From contig JABWBP010000003.1 of NCBI GenBank assembly GCA_013360445.1, forward strand, positions 2,811 to 66,810: a stretch of 64,000 nt of DNA. Direction: 5' to 3'. Within the stretch, counting starts at the first letter, position 1. Every line of letters begins with the position of its first letter. Made by a program: the position numbers and the translations under genes. Source of the DNA: Calditrichaceae bacterium (GTDB lineage Bacteria > Calditrichota > Calditrichia > RBG-13-44-9 > J075). Below the pieces are notes generated by a model. That model saw only the letters and a list, made by a program, of their open reading frames with translations. It was not told the DNA's origin and made no database searches. Of this stretch, positions 1 through 11,031 are shown one piece after another.

Positions 1-846
1 ATAAGTGCCGGTAAACCCCAGGGGCGCCCAGGCTTCCGTCTCAGTGCGGAAAGAGAGCGCCCGCGCCTGGCCAAAGATGGCCAGGTAAACATACGCCCAG
101 GTGTCGCCGCCGTCGGTGGTTTGAGCCCTCCGGGAGCCTAAATCAAAATCGCCGCCGATAGCAATCACGTTCAGGGAATCCTTGAAATGCATGTCAAAGT
201 AAGGTTCCGGGCCTACCACTTTGGGAGTCCAGCGCTGGCCGCCATTGGTAGTCTTCCAGATTACCCCCCAAATATCAAACTTCCCGCCCATGGCAAAGCC
301 GTATTGGGGGGAAAAAAATTTGAAATTTTGAATGGGATATTGTGCTCCCGGCCCCGGATCAATGATTGCCTGGAGCCAGGTGCTTCCGCCGTCAGTGGTG
401 CCCAGGATCGTTCCGAAATCTCCGCCCAGCCAGCCTTTCAGGGAATCGAAAAACACTACCGTATAGAGAAATTCTTCCGGAAACACTTCCTGCTCCCAGG
501 AATCCCCGCCGTTGCTGGTCTTTAGCATAATGGTTCCGTAAGTGGTATCATTCTCTGCCGGGTAGAAATTGGCCAAAGCCCAGCCAAAATTCTCATTCAG
601 CATAAAAATATCGATAATGCGGTCATCAATATTGGAATTCTGTTCTACCCAACTTTCCCCGCCGTCAATGGTCTTGAGGATGATGCCCTGCTCCCCGGCC
701 GCCCACCCCTGCTGGTTGTCAAGAAAATGCAGATCGATTAAATCCTTGGTGGTCGGTTTGTTCAGAAGGGTCCATTCTCCCTGCCCGTAGAGGTTGAGGG
801 TAATGGCGAGCATTAATAGAAAGTATAGATAGAAGTGTTTTTTCAT
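1..846 (-). CDS. Secreted YCF48/BNR (Asp-box) repeat beta-propeller protein, runs off the window edge
   Basis: Translated by hand from ATG at 846: MKKHFYLYFLLMLAITLNLYGQGEWTLLNKPTTKDLIDLHFLDNQQGWAAGEQGIILKTIDGGESW. Signal peptide, then repeated xTxDGGxxW Asp-box motifs. Confidence 0.8.
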   Translation of the reverse strand, partial: MKKHFYLYFLLMLAITLNLYGQGEWTLLNKPTTKDLIDLHFLDNQQGWAAGEQGIILKTIDGGESWVEQNSNIDDRIIDIFMLNENFGWALANFYPAENDTTYGTIMLKTSNGGDSWEQEVFPEEFLYTVVFFDSLKGWLGGDFGTILGTTDGGSTWLQAIIDPGPGAQYPIQNFKFFSPQYGFAMGGKFDIWGVIWKTTNGGQRWTPKVVGPEPYFDMHFKDSLNVIAIGGDFDLGSRRAQTTDGGDTWAYVYLAIFGQARALSFRTETEAWAPLGFTGTY

Positions 847-943
847 TATTATCAGACAGCCTTTAAGGTTTTATTTGTGATATTTGGCTCCTTGAAATGT
901 CAATGATTCCATGGGCTAAAGAATCCGGATTTAAAGGATCGAA

Positions 944-1777
944 CTATCTTTCCATTTTCTGCATCACTCCATACACCTCCACCAACTGCCGGATCGCCTC
1001 CGGGAATTTTTCCAGCGCCAACTGCGAGCGGGCGTCGCTGAGGGCGTTGGGCGGATCGGGATGCACTTCCATGAACAGGGCGCTCGCCGCGCCGGTAGCC
1101 AGCGCCGCCCGCGCCAGGGGCAGGATGAACTCCGGCTGGCCGCCGCTGGCGCTGCCTTCTCCGCCGGGAATCTGCACGCTGTGGGTGGCGTCGTACACCA
1201 CCGGGTAACCGCTGCGGGCCATGATCACCAGCCCGCGCATGTCCACCACCAAATTCCGGTATCCGAAGGTGGTTCCCCGCTCGGTCAGGAGAATGCGGGT
1301 GTTGCCGGTCCCGGCGACTTTTTCGGCGGCGTTTTGCATGTCCTCGGGCGCGAGAAACTGCCCTTTTTTGATATTCACCGCCCTGCCGGTGCGCCCCGCG
1401 GCTAACAGCAGATCGGTCTGGCGGCACAAAAACGCGGGAATTTGCAGCACCTCCGCCACTTCCGCCACCACCGGCGCTTCCAGCTCGTTGTGGATGTCGG
1501 TTAGCACCGGAAGGTTGAATTCCCGGCGCACTTTTTCCAATATTCCCAACGCCTGCGCAAAATCAATCCCGGTGAAGCCCTTCAAGGAAGAGCGGTTGGC
1601 TTTCTTGTAAGAGGCTTTGAAGATGAACTGCACCGGGAGGTCGCGCACGGTTTTGGCGATGGATTCCGCGGTGTGCAGGATCATTTTCTCATTCTCGACC
1701 ACGCAGGGGCCGGCGATGAGGGTGAGCGGTTGACCCGCGCCCACGGTGAGGCGTTCGGTGATTTGAACCTGTTTCAT
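944..1777 (-). CDS. kdsA: 3-deoxy-8-phosphooctulonate (KDO8P) synthase
   Basis: AGPCVVE, KASYKKANRSS, LQIPAFLCRQTDL, KKGQF and DATHSVQ motifs. ATG at 1777 overlaps the upstream stop (TGATG). Confidence 0.97.
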   Translation of the reverse strand: MKQVQITERLTVGAGQPLTLIAGPCVVENEKMILHTAESIAKTVRDLPVQFIFKASYKKANRSSLKGFTGIDFAQALGILEKVRREFNLPVLTDIHNELEAPVVAEVAEVLQIPAFLCRQTDLLLAAGRTGRAVNIKKGQFLAPEDMQNAAEKVAGTGNTRILLTERGTTFGYRNLVVDMRGLVIMARSGYPVVYDATHSVQIPGGEGSASGGQPEFILPLARAALATGAASALFMEVHPDPPNALSDARSQLALEKFPEAIRQLVEVYGVMQKMER

Positions 1778-2412
1778 CAATGCGCTTCTTTATGCGCCGC
1801 GGTGTCTTCCGAATCATGCAAATGGCCGGGAGCAGGCTTCGCCGCTGCTTCATACAGCCGTTCGACATAATGAACGAATTCCACGTACGCTTTCACGAAT
1901 TCCCTTCCGGCTTCTACATTATCGGGATCGAATTTCTTTTCGGCCATCAACTGTTCAAAGTGTTTTTGAATCCCGTTCTTTACCGCCTCATTCAGCAGTT
2001 TCAGCAGGGGATCCGCGGAACCGTTCTCCAGCGCACGGTCTGCGGCCGGAATTGCGGGACCCAGATCGCGCCCGGCGGGCTTCAGCCCTGTATAAGGCGC
2101 CCCTTCACCGGCGCGATGGATTCGCACCAGCGTCTCGAAAAAATACATGTCGGCCAGTTCCCGGGCTGCGGAGCTCAGTTTTCGCACCTCCAGCGTTTGC
2201 TGAAAGGCCTTTCGGATTTCGGGTTCATCGTCTTTTTGCACCCAGATCAGCGCCAGGTTCACGTTGCCGCTTTCCAGCGCTTTTTGGGCGGCTTTAACGA
2301 CCGGGCCATCCAGGCCGTCGCAATGGGCAAGAACCTGGCTGGTTGCCGTCAACAAACTTAAGAACAAAAGAATTAAAAAGGGAAGCCCGGTGATAATGTC
2401 GTTGCGTTTCAT
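1777..2412 (-). CDS. DUF6448-like exported protein (HCDxxDGPVV N-terminus, His-rich tail)
   Basis: Signal peptide, then HCDGLDGPVV, FFETLVRIHRAGEGAPYTGLKP and a His-rich C-terminus. Confidence 0.8.
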   Translation of the reverse strand: MKRNDIITGLPFLILLFLSLLTATSQVLAHCDGLDGPVVKAAQKALESGNVNLALIWVQKDDEPEIRKAFQQTLEVRKLSSAARELADMYFFETLVRIHRAGEGAPYTGLKPAGRDLGPAIPAADRALENGSADPLLKLLNEAVKNGIQKHFEQLMAEKKFDPDNVEAGREFVKAYVEFVHYVERLYEAAAKPAPGHLHDSEDTAAHKEAH

Positions 2413-2425
2413 GGGTACTCTCCTG

Positions 2426-2586
2426 TTCTGTGTATGGGCGAAGCATTCCGTGCACGGTTTTTTCCGGAAAACTGTACGCTTTCCCGGGAATGCTTCGCCC
2501 CTTCTGTGTATGGGCGAAGCATTCCGTGCAGGGGTTTTTTCCGGAAAACTGTACGCTTTCCCGGGAATGCTTCGCCCCTTCTGTGT
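2426..2586. repeat. Tandem doublet (76-77 bp unit) of a REP/REPIN-like hairpin
   Basis: Two near-identical units, each GGGCGAAGCATTCC...GGAATGCTTCGCCC (14-bp inverted repeat). Confidence 0.85.
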
Positions 2587-2589
2587 CCG

Positions 2590-4230
<1,641 letters not shown>

Positions 4231-4285
4231 CTAACGATTTGTATTTTTTTATAGCCATTTGCTTGCCCCATTGGGGTCGCGCATC

Positions 4286-4412
4286 ATGAAATTGTCATTT
4301 CGCTGCGCGGTCATTTGCTGCGCGTCATTCGTTGTCATTAATTGTTGCACTGCTTCTTACTTCTCACTTCTCACTTTTCACTTTTCACTTCTCACTTTTC
4401 ATTTTTCATTTC
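4286..4412. repeat. GTCATT-motif array followed by a TT(T/C)TCAC heptamer array
   Basis: gtcatt occurs four times in 4295-4340, then ttctcac/ttttcac tandem copies. The kdsB stop codon lies inside the heptamer array. Confidence 0.75.
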
Positions 4413-5141
4413 CAGCAGTCTTTCCACCGCTTCCACGTCTTCCGGGGTGTCCACTCCCGGGGAAAGCATGTCCGCTTCCACTAATTTCAAGGAATATCCG
4501 CGCTCCAGAATGCGAAGCTGTTCTAACTTTTCCCGGGCCTCTAACGTCCCTTCCGGCCAGCTCAAAAATTCCATCAGAAAGGCTTTGCGGAACACGTACA
4601 CCCCGATATGGCGGTACAGCCGCGGCAGGGGGGAAAATTCCTCATCGCGGTGAAAGGGGATGGGCGCGCGGGAGAAGTAGAGGGTATTTCCGTTCGCATC
4701 GGTAATTACTTTTACGACCGCGGGATTGCGCCATTCCGCTTCGGTTTTCAGGGGATATCCCAGGGTCGCCGCAACCGCCTGGGGATCATCCAACAGCTTC
4801 CGCACCGCCTCTCCTACCGCCCGGGTAGAAATCAGCGGCTCGTCGCCCTGCAAATTGACCACGATTTCCGCCTCCAGGTCGCGGGCCACAAATCCCACCC
4901 GCTCGCTGCCGTTGCGAATTTCCGCGGGGGTTAAAGAGGCTTCTCCCCCGAAATCCCGCACGGCCTCCAAAATACGGGAATCGTCCGTGGCCACCAAAAC
5001 CCGGTCCACCCCGGGGATTTGCGCGGCTCTTTCATAAACCCGGCGGATCATCGGTTTGCCGCACAGGGGAATCAAGGGTTTGCCGGGCAGCCGGGTAGAA
5101 GCGTAACGGGCGGGAATAATCACCGCGATGCGGTCTTTCAT
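4392..5141 (-). CDS. kdsB: 3-deoxy-manno-octulosonate cytidylyltransferase
   Basis: IPARYASTRLPGKPL, VNLQGDEP, HIGVY and EKLEQLR motifs. Confidence 0.97.
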   Translation of the reverse strand: MKDRIAVIIPARYASTRLPGKPLIPLCGKPMIRRVYERAAQIPGVDRVLVATDDSRILEAVRDFGGEASLTPAEIRNGSERVGFVARDLEAEIVVNLQGDEPLISTRAVGEAVRKLLDDPQAVAATLGYPLKTEAEWRNPAVVKVITDANGNTLYFSRAPIPFHRDEEFSPLPRLYRHIGVYVFRKAFLMEFLSWPEGTLEAREKLEQLRILERGYSLKLVEADMLSPGVDTPEDVEAVERLLEMKNEK

Positions 5142-5327
5142 TTGATCACCCCGGGCGTTTTAAAGAAGCCGCCCTGGTTTGAACGTGTATCCATTAAGCC
5201 AAAAGGTCGTGCGAAAATAAATAATCGGCGCGGGAAAAACAACTGATAATACCAAAGGCAGCAGGCAAAAAAAATGCGCTTCGGCGGCAGCGGAAGCGCA
5301 TTACAGTTTCGGTTTTGCAGGAAGAGC

Positions 5328-6275
5328 TTATTCTTCGAATTCCTCATCATACTGATATTGAATGTCATTCAAGATAAACTTGCGGGGATCCTGGGCTTTA
5401 CCCTTGTAATGCACTTCGTAATGCAGATGGGAGCTGGTTGCCAGCCCGCTGCTGCCCACTTCGCCGATTTTATCTCCCCGTTTCACGAACTGGCCCTTGC
5501 GCACGTAAATTTTGTTCATGTGGCCGAAGTAGGTTTCAAAGCCGTACACGTGATTCAGTTGAACGAACAAGCCGTAGCCGCCGTTTTGCCCGGCCGCTAC
5601 CACGTAGCCATCGGCCGGGGCAATGATGGGCGTGCCGCGTTGCCCGGCCAGGTCGATTCCCCGGTGGAAATGAATGCGGCGGTGAATGGGATGCCGCCGG
5701 TTTCCGAATCCGCTGGACAGATAGGCATCCAGCACCGGCACCAGCACCGGCAGGTAGCGCAGGGAATCCTGGCGGCGCTCCACGGTGGCCAGCAACTTCT
5801 GGTAACTGTTCTTCTCTAAGCGAACTTCGCGTTCGAGCTTGTCGAGAAGACTCAAATTTTGCAGGAGCTCATTTCCAAAGGAGAGTTCATGGACATTCAA
5901 ATGGCTTGCCGGCTCGGCATTGGCCCCCCCGATCCCTACCTGGCGCACGTCGGAATTGATGGGCGGCAAATCCAGCATGGTGCGGATTTGATCGTCCCGT
6001 TCTTCCAAAAAACCGATGCTGGCGCGGATTTCATGAATCTTTGTCCCGATCTTTTCCAACTCTTCTTTAAGAACTAAATTTTCCTTTTTGAGCTGGTTGA
6101 TCTTGGAGTTCTGGCTGAAGTCGATGATAAAATCCACGGAATATTTAAGGAGCAGAACGATAATGGCAAAACAGGCGAGGGAAATCAGGGCAATTTTCTT
6201 GAACGAAAGACTGAATTCTTTGATCTCGGAGGAGTTATTCGGATTAACATATAGAATTGTCGGTTTCTTTTTCAT
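5328..6275 (-). CDS. M23 family metallopeptidase with N-terminal membrane anchor and coiled coil
   Basis: HRGID and HLHYEV zinc motifs; N-terminal hydrophobic segment. Confidence 0.92.
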   Translation of the reverse strand: MKKKPTILYVNPNNSSEIKEFSLSFKKIALISLACFAIIVLLLKYSVDFIIDFSQNSKINQLKKENLVLKEELEKIGTKIHEIRASIGFLEERDDQIRTMLDLPPINSDVRQVGIGGANAEPASHLNVHELSFGNELLQNLSLLDKLEREVRLEKNSYQKLLATVERRQDSLRYLPVLVPVLDAYLSSGFGNRRHPIHRRIHFHRGIDLAGQRGTPIIAPADGYVVAAGQNGGYGLFVQLNHVYGFETYFGHMNKIYVRKGQFVKRGDKIGEVGSSGLATSSHLHYEVHYKGKAQDPRKFILNDIQYQYDEEFEE

Positions 6276-6585
6276 CGTATCAGAACCTCTATTTGCTGTC
6301 GAAGCTTAATAATTTACCACTGGAATGGAAGAAAATAACCAAATCGCCTATTTTTGTCAATACTTCCTCAAAATAAACTTAAAATCTTTGTTCTTTTCGG
6401 AATTTCTGCTCTTAGAGAAAAAATTCCCCCCTCTCCGCTTTTTCAAGGTCTTTTTACTTCCATCCGTTCTTTGGGATTAGACGTTCGATCCGCGGATTCG
6501 AAAATACGCCTTTTTCAAATATTAGCTCAGGAGTTTGAATCCATGGTAAAAGTGCTTAAAGTGAGGGGCATGAAGGCGGTTGATC

Positions 6586-6981
6586 TTATTGGAACAGGGC
6601 TTTAATGCTGCCCCAGGTTTTGGCAAAGCTGCTAATTTTGAGCATTACCGTAATCGATTCCGTCACCTGGAAAGTGCCGTCTTGATTGCGAACGCGCAAA
6701 CGGTAATAATAGACATTCTTAAGCCCCGCCAAATTGCCGTCGATGTATTGGTATTCGCTGTTATTTCCCCTGGGAGTTACTTCACCGATTTTTTTGAAAT
6801 CCCGGTTATTGGCGCTTCTCTCTACAATGAAAAGGTCGATATCGTTCTCTTCGCTGGTTTTCCAGGTGAGAATGATTTTATCCTGTGAAGGCTCTCCGCT
6901 AAATTCAATGATCACTGCGTCTGCATACACGGCCAGCGCAATCAGCAAGATACCGAACAATGTTATTTTTAGCTGCTTCAT
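6586..6981 (-). CDS. Small secreted FN3/Ig-like protein ending in a TWGxIK motif
   Basis: Signal peptide; LTWKTSEE..F.VERS..F..IG.V..Y.YID..YYYRL..DG pattern; C-terminus KTWGSIKALFQ. Confidence 0.75.
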   Translation of the reverse strand: MKQLKITLFGILLIALAVYADAVIIEFSGEPSQDKIILTWKTSEENDIDLFIVERSANNRDFKKIGEVTPRGNNSEYQYIDGNLAGLKNVYYYRLRVRNQDGTFQVTESITVMLKISSFAKTWGSIKALFQ

Positions 6982-7073
6982 CAATAACTTATCATTTTAG
7001 CCGCCCCAAATTAAACGATTCGATCACAAAAAGCAAGCCGGTATTTTGAATTTTTCGAAAACCGGGCAGCGAC

Positions 7074-9770
7074 TCAAAAATCGAATCCGAAAGAGAAGTG
7101 CACCATTTCCCGTTTGCCCGGCAAGGAAGCGTAACTTAATTTGAGCGGTCCCAGCAGAGAGTTGATCGCAAAAGACACCGAAAGGGAATGCAGGAAATCC
7201 GAACCTTCGATTTTCGCATCGGCTCTTTCCCAGGCCGCTCCGATAGAATAATTCCCAAGCAGGTAAGCCTCTATCGGCAAATTCCAGCGGATCCGGTAGC
7301 GGATGTCCAGGCCGGCCTGGATAAACTGGCGCCCGAATTTTTCGCGCTCGTGCAAACCCGGGAAATTGTTCTGCCCCCCAAAAAAGAAAAATTCCGTAAA
7401 CGGCAGGGTCAAATCCGCGCTGCCGGCATATAGATAAGGATGATAGTTCAGTTTTTTGTCGAAAATCGGATAGTATCCTTCCAGTCCCAGGAAAATTTTG
7501 GTAAACGGTTTGGAGCTTTCCAGGATTTGCTGGTTGCCGGTTTCCCAATACCAGCGGTTATAAATCCCGTTTTCCGGGAAGGGGATTCGGTCCCGCTTAT
7601 CCACCACGGAACGGATGGTGAAGGAGCGCAGCCGGTATTTGTCCTGGTAAGGAAAGGCGGGATCACCGGAAGTTACGCTGATGTTTTCTACCCTTAATTC
7701 CGCAGAAATAAGACCCAGGCGCTTGATCTGCTGCCCGATCACAAAATGCCCCCCGCGCACGGTAGTCATATACTCTCCCTGCAAAACCAGGCCTTGATAA
7801 TAGCGGTCCTCCCGCTCCTCATAATAAATCGATAGACGTGACGTCAAATAAGTTTTATAGAGCCGCACCGCGTTGAGCAGGCCCTCGGCGTGGCGGATAT
7901 AATCTCCCACGGAACCGAAAAGGCTGGCCTGGGTGGCGGTACCCAGGAAATTGTCGTTGAGCAGCTCGACGAATCCCTCCGCTTTTCTTTCTAACGATAC
8001 ATGGGCGCCCAGCCGGGCGATGGAATATTTTCGTTCTTTGACTTTAATAATCAGCACATTTTCCTGGTTTTCCTTGACGGCGTTGATCAATACCCGGTCG
8101 AACAGGTCGGTGCTGTAAATATTCTGAATACCTTCGGTTGCCTGGGCGGCCCGGAACAACTCTCCTTCGCGCAGGGGAAATTCCCGCAAGATGACCAGGT
8201 CGCGGGTGACACTGTTCCCGCTAATCCGAATCCGGTCGATATACCCCTCATCAACTTCGATCTCCAGGTTCCCGGTCTCCGGTTGATAGGCGATGGAGCG
8301 AATCTGCGCCAGGGAGTGCCCCTGGCGGATCAATTGGTTCCTCAATTCGACCATGCGCTTTTCCAGGATGACGATATTTAAGATTTTGCCGGATAATTCC
8401 GCCGCCAGGGGGGCGAAAATCGAGTCTTGCAGCACCCCCCGGTGCCGGAAAACCACCCGGTTGATGTGCGGCTGCTGCAAGACCCGGAACACGGCCTCGC
8501 GCTGCTCCCCGTCCTCGCGGATAACCGCGTAAGCATCTTCCAGGTATCCGCTGTTGTACATCATGCGCAAATCCGTTAGCAGGTCTTCCCGATAGATTTC
8601 CTTGCCCGGCGCAGTTTTAAACCGTCCCCGGAAGGTTTCTAAAATCTCCCCGGACATCCCCTCCACCCGCAGGGCGGTTATCGCGCCAAGAGATTCGTAT
8701 TCCCCGCGCCGCAGCGCCTCGGCCCGGGCGATTACCCCGATCAGGGAGTCCATGGAACACACGGCGGAGCGATATCCCATTTGAATGATGGAATCCGACT
8801 CCTGGAAATTTCCCCCTTTGATCTCCCCCAGGTCGGGCGTGAGCAGGAAATCCGCTTTGCGGCGATTTTCCTCCGTGGAAGCGGCCATCATGATGGTGGT
8901 GGCCTGGTCGGCGATCTCCCAGGGAAGATTGATCTCCTCTTTTTTGCGAAGATGGGAAGTGGCGTCCACCGCGATGACGATATCCGCGCCTTCTTTAAAA
9001 GCAACCTCGACCGGAAGGTTATCGGTAATGCCCCCGTCCACCAGCCAGAGGCTGTCGATTTCCACCGGGGCGAAGAGCAGCGGAAAGGCGCTGCTGGCGT
9101 TGATCGCTTCCGCCAGGTCGCCGCTGTCGAGCACGATCTTGCGCCCGCTGATGATATCCGTGGCCACCGCCCGGAAGGGAATTTTCAGGTTGTCGAAATT
9201 GTTGGCGGCCTGGAAATTGGCTTGCAGCAGGCGGTTGTAAAGGGTCTGGAAGACCTTCTGGCCCTGGGAAATCGAGGAGGGGATGGTGGGAACGAAACCG
9301 TCCAGGCGGAATTGCAGTACGTGGCGGCGGGGAATGTCTTTCTGGGAGAAAAAAAGCTGGGAGCGGTAGGTTTCGTCGGCAAAGATGCTGTTCCAATCCA
9401 CCTCCCGGATGATCTGCTCGATCTGCTCGGCGCTGAATCCCGCGGCGTAAAACCCGCCCACGATGCTGCCGCTGCTGGTTCCCACGATCAGGTCGATGGG
9501 GATATTGCGCTCCTCGAACGCCTTCAACACCCCGATGTGGGCAAATCCCCGCGCGCCCCCGCCGCTGAGCGCCAATCCCACCTTCATTTTTTTCAGGGGA
9601 AAATAGCGCAGGTTGCGCAGGGGGAGCTCCGGCTGGGCTTCTTTCTCCAGGGCGACGCGGATTTCTTCACGCGCTTCCCCGGCGTGGAGGGGCAGGCATG
9701 AGCACCAAAGGAAACAGGCGATCATCAAAAAAGAACCGGAAATTGCCGGGAGCGCAAGAAATAGTTTCAT
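7074..9770 (-). CDS. Patatin-like phospholipase with POTRA and Omp85 barrel (PlpD-like)
   Basis: LSGGGARG, GTSSG and DGG catalytic motifs; POTRA-like IRISGNSVTRDLVILRE; C-terminal HFSFGFDF beta-signal. Confidence 0.9.
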   Translation of the reverse strand: MKLFLALPAISGSFLMIACFLWCSCLPLHAGEAREEIRVALEKEAQPELPLRNLRYFPLKKMKVGLALSGGGARGFAHIGVLKAFEERNIPIDLIVGTSSGSIVGGFYAAGFSAEQIEQIIREVDWNSIFADETYRSQLFFSQKDIPRRHVLQFRLDGFVPTIPSSISQGQKVFQTLYNRLLQANFQAANNFDNLKIPFRAVATDIISGRKIVLDSGDLAEAINASSAFPLLFAPVEIDSLWLVDGGITDNLPVEVAFKEGADIVIAVDATSHLRKKEEINLPWEIADQATTIMMAASTEENRRKADFLLTPDLGEIKGGNFQESDSIIQMGYRSAVCSMDSLIGVIARAEALRRGEYESLGAITALRVEGMSGEILETFRGRFKTAPGKEIYREDLLTDLRMMYNSGYLEDAYAVIREDGEQREAVFRVLQQPHINRVVFRHRGVLQDSIFAPLAAELSGKILNIVILEKRMVELRNQLIRQGHSLAQIRSIAYQPETGNLEIEVDEGYIDRIRISGNSVTRDLVILREFPLREGELFRAAQATEGIQNIYSTDLFDRVLINAVKENQENVLIIKVKERKYSIARLGAHVSLERKAEGFVELLNDNFLGTATQASLFGSVGDYIRHAEGLLNAVRLYKTYLTSRLSIYYEEREDRYYQGLVLQGEYMTTVRGGHFVIGQQIKRLGLISAELRVENISVTSGDPAFPYQDKYRLRSFTIRSVVDKRDRIPFPENGIYNRWYWETGNQQILESSKPFTKIFLGLEGYYPIFDKKLNYHPYLYAGSADLTLPFTEFFFFGGQNNFPGLHEREKFGRQFIQAGLDIRYRIRWNLPIEAYLLGNYSIGAAWERADAKIEGSDFLHSLSVSFAINSLLGPLKLSYASLPGKREMVHFSFGFDF

Positions 9771-9783
9771 AATTTGTTACTGT

Positions 9784-9940
9784 TCAGCCACAGAGACCAC
9801 AGAGATCACAGAGGAAGAATTTTGGATATCCACCACTTCGTGGAGAGCATTTAGAGCCTTATATCTCTGTATTTGGAACATAAAGCGGTTTGTTCAGAAA
9901 TTTTTTTATGTCTCTGTGCACTCTGTGGCCTCTGTGGCAA
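9784..9940. repeat. Inverted CACAGAG-type 9-mer arrays around a short relic sequence
   Basis: Left arm gccacagagaccacagagatcacagag; right arm ctctgtgcactctgtggcctctgtggc. Confidence 0.75.
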
Positions 9941-10170
9941 AATGCCTGAATAGTTAGCATATTTTTCATAATAAGGCCCATGCTGCACCGCGGTTTCGTT
10001 TCAAGCGGTGCAATTTTAACCAAAAAAAGGGGTGGTAAAAAGGAAAAAGATTTGGGGGGGGAGAAATTGCTATAACGGGTGTGATTACCTGTGCGGGCGA
10101 GTTCTATCAGCGTCTCCTGTGCTCCCAGAACCCGGAACGGAATAGTTTTATACCATGTTGATGTACTCTA

Positions 10171-10572
10171 TCACAACAAAATTCTGAATCCAAATTGTTT
10201 AAAATGATAGTCTGCGGTAAATGCCTCACTTATGTTTTCTCGTTGCATAACGACGAATGATGAAATGTCGGTTAATCCCCAGTCTTTATCAGAGTATTTC
10301 TTGTAGAGTTCCAGTGCTTGATCGAATATCTCATCCGTAATCTTTGTTCGCTGAATATCTTCTGAAGTCTGCAAATGGTTCAATGTCTTTATAGCCAATT
10401 CCTTATGTTTAGCCAGGGCATTTCCGATTTCCACGACAATGTAATCGGTTATAATAAAGCGAACCTCCTCCAACTCTAATGCCTCGTTTACCTGAACGGC
10501 TTATTTATGGAGAGTATCTCTTTTATTTACCAGAGCAAGTATTCCACCTGTATCTAAGAAAATCTTTCTCAT
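10171..10572 (-). pseudogene. PIN-domain (VapC-like) toxin with an in-frame stop
   Basis: MRKIFLDTGGILALVNKRDTLHK* with TAA at 10503-10501. The same frame continues AVQVNEALELEEVRFIITDYIVVE...GLTDISS...AFTADYHF. Confidence 0.8.
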
Positions 10573-10784
10573 CTCTTGGAACCATACAAGTAATGGTCAT
10601 GATTCGCTGCCAAATCCTCAACTCCTAAATCTTCCGCAATATGAATTAGTTTCGATAAGACGTTTTTATATCTTTTTACGGCCGTTTCAATGAATTTTTC
10701 ATAACTTCCATCAAAATCGTTTTGTACAATTTCTCTTAATTGTCTTTCTATCTCTGGTTTTAATTTTAATGCAAGTTGTAACAT
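10569..10784 (-). CDS. Putative antitoxin of the PIN toxin
   Basis: 71 aa; DLAANHDHYLYG tail typical of antitoxins preceding PIN genes; ATGA overlap with the toxin start. Confidence 0.75.
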   Translation of the reverse strand: MLQLALKLKPEIERQLREIVQNDFDGSYEKFIETAVKRYKNVLSKLIHIAEDLGVEDLAANHDHYLYGSKR

Positions 10785-11031
10785 TTCAGTACTCCTTTCC
10801 CGAAGTGATGCCTTTGCAAAATAATTGTTCGTTTAAAATCTTTTCGGTAACATATCAATTTTGGAAAAACATATCCAGTAATTTTTTGTGCATTTTTTGG
10901 TAATCGCTAAATTTGACCGGTGGTTCCCATGAGGTAGATAACACTATTAACAACCTCCCGGAGCTTTAGAACCTCGGGGGGAATTTGAGGGGCGCTATTC
11001 TTCTATTTCTGCCGCCAGCTCGAAGGCGCTG

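Noticed and set aside
2426-2586. Possible CRISPR array
   Set aside because: Only two units, near-identical along their whole length, with no unique spacers and no cas genes.
10501-10503. Programmed stop read-through or recoding in the PIN toxin
   Set aside because: The codon is TAA, with no recoding signal, and other genes terminate normally at all three stops.
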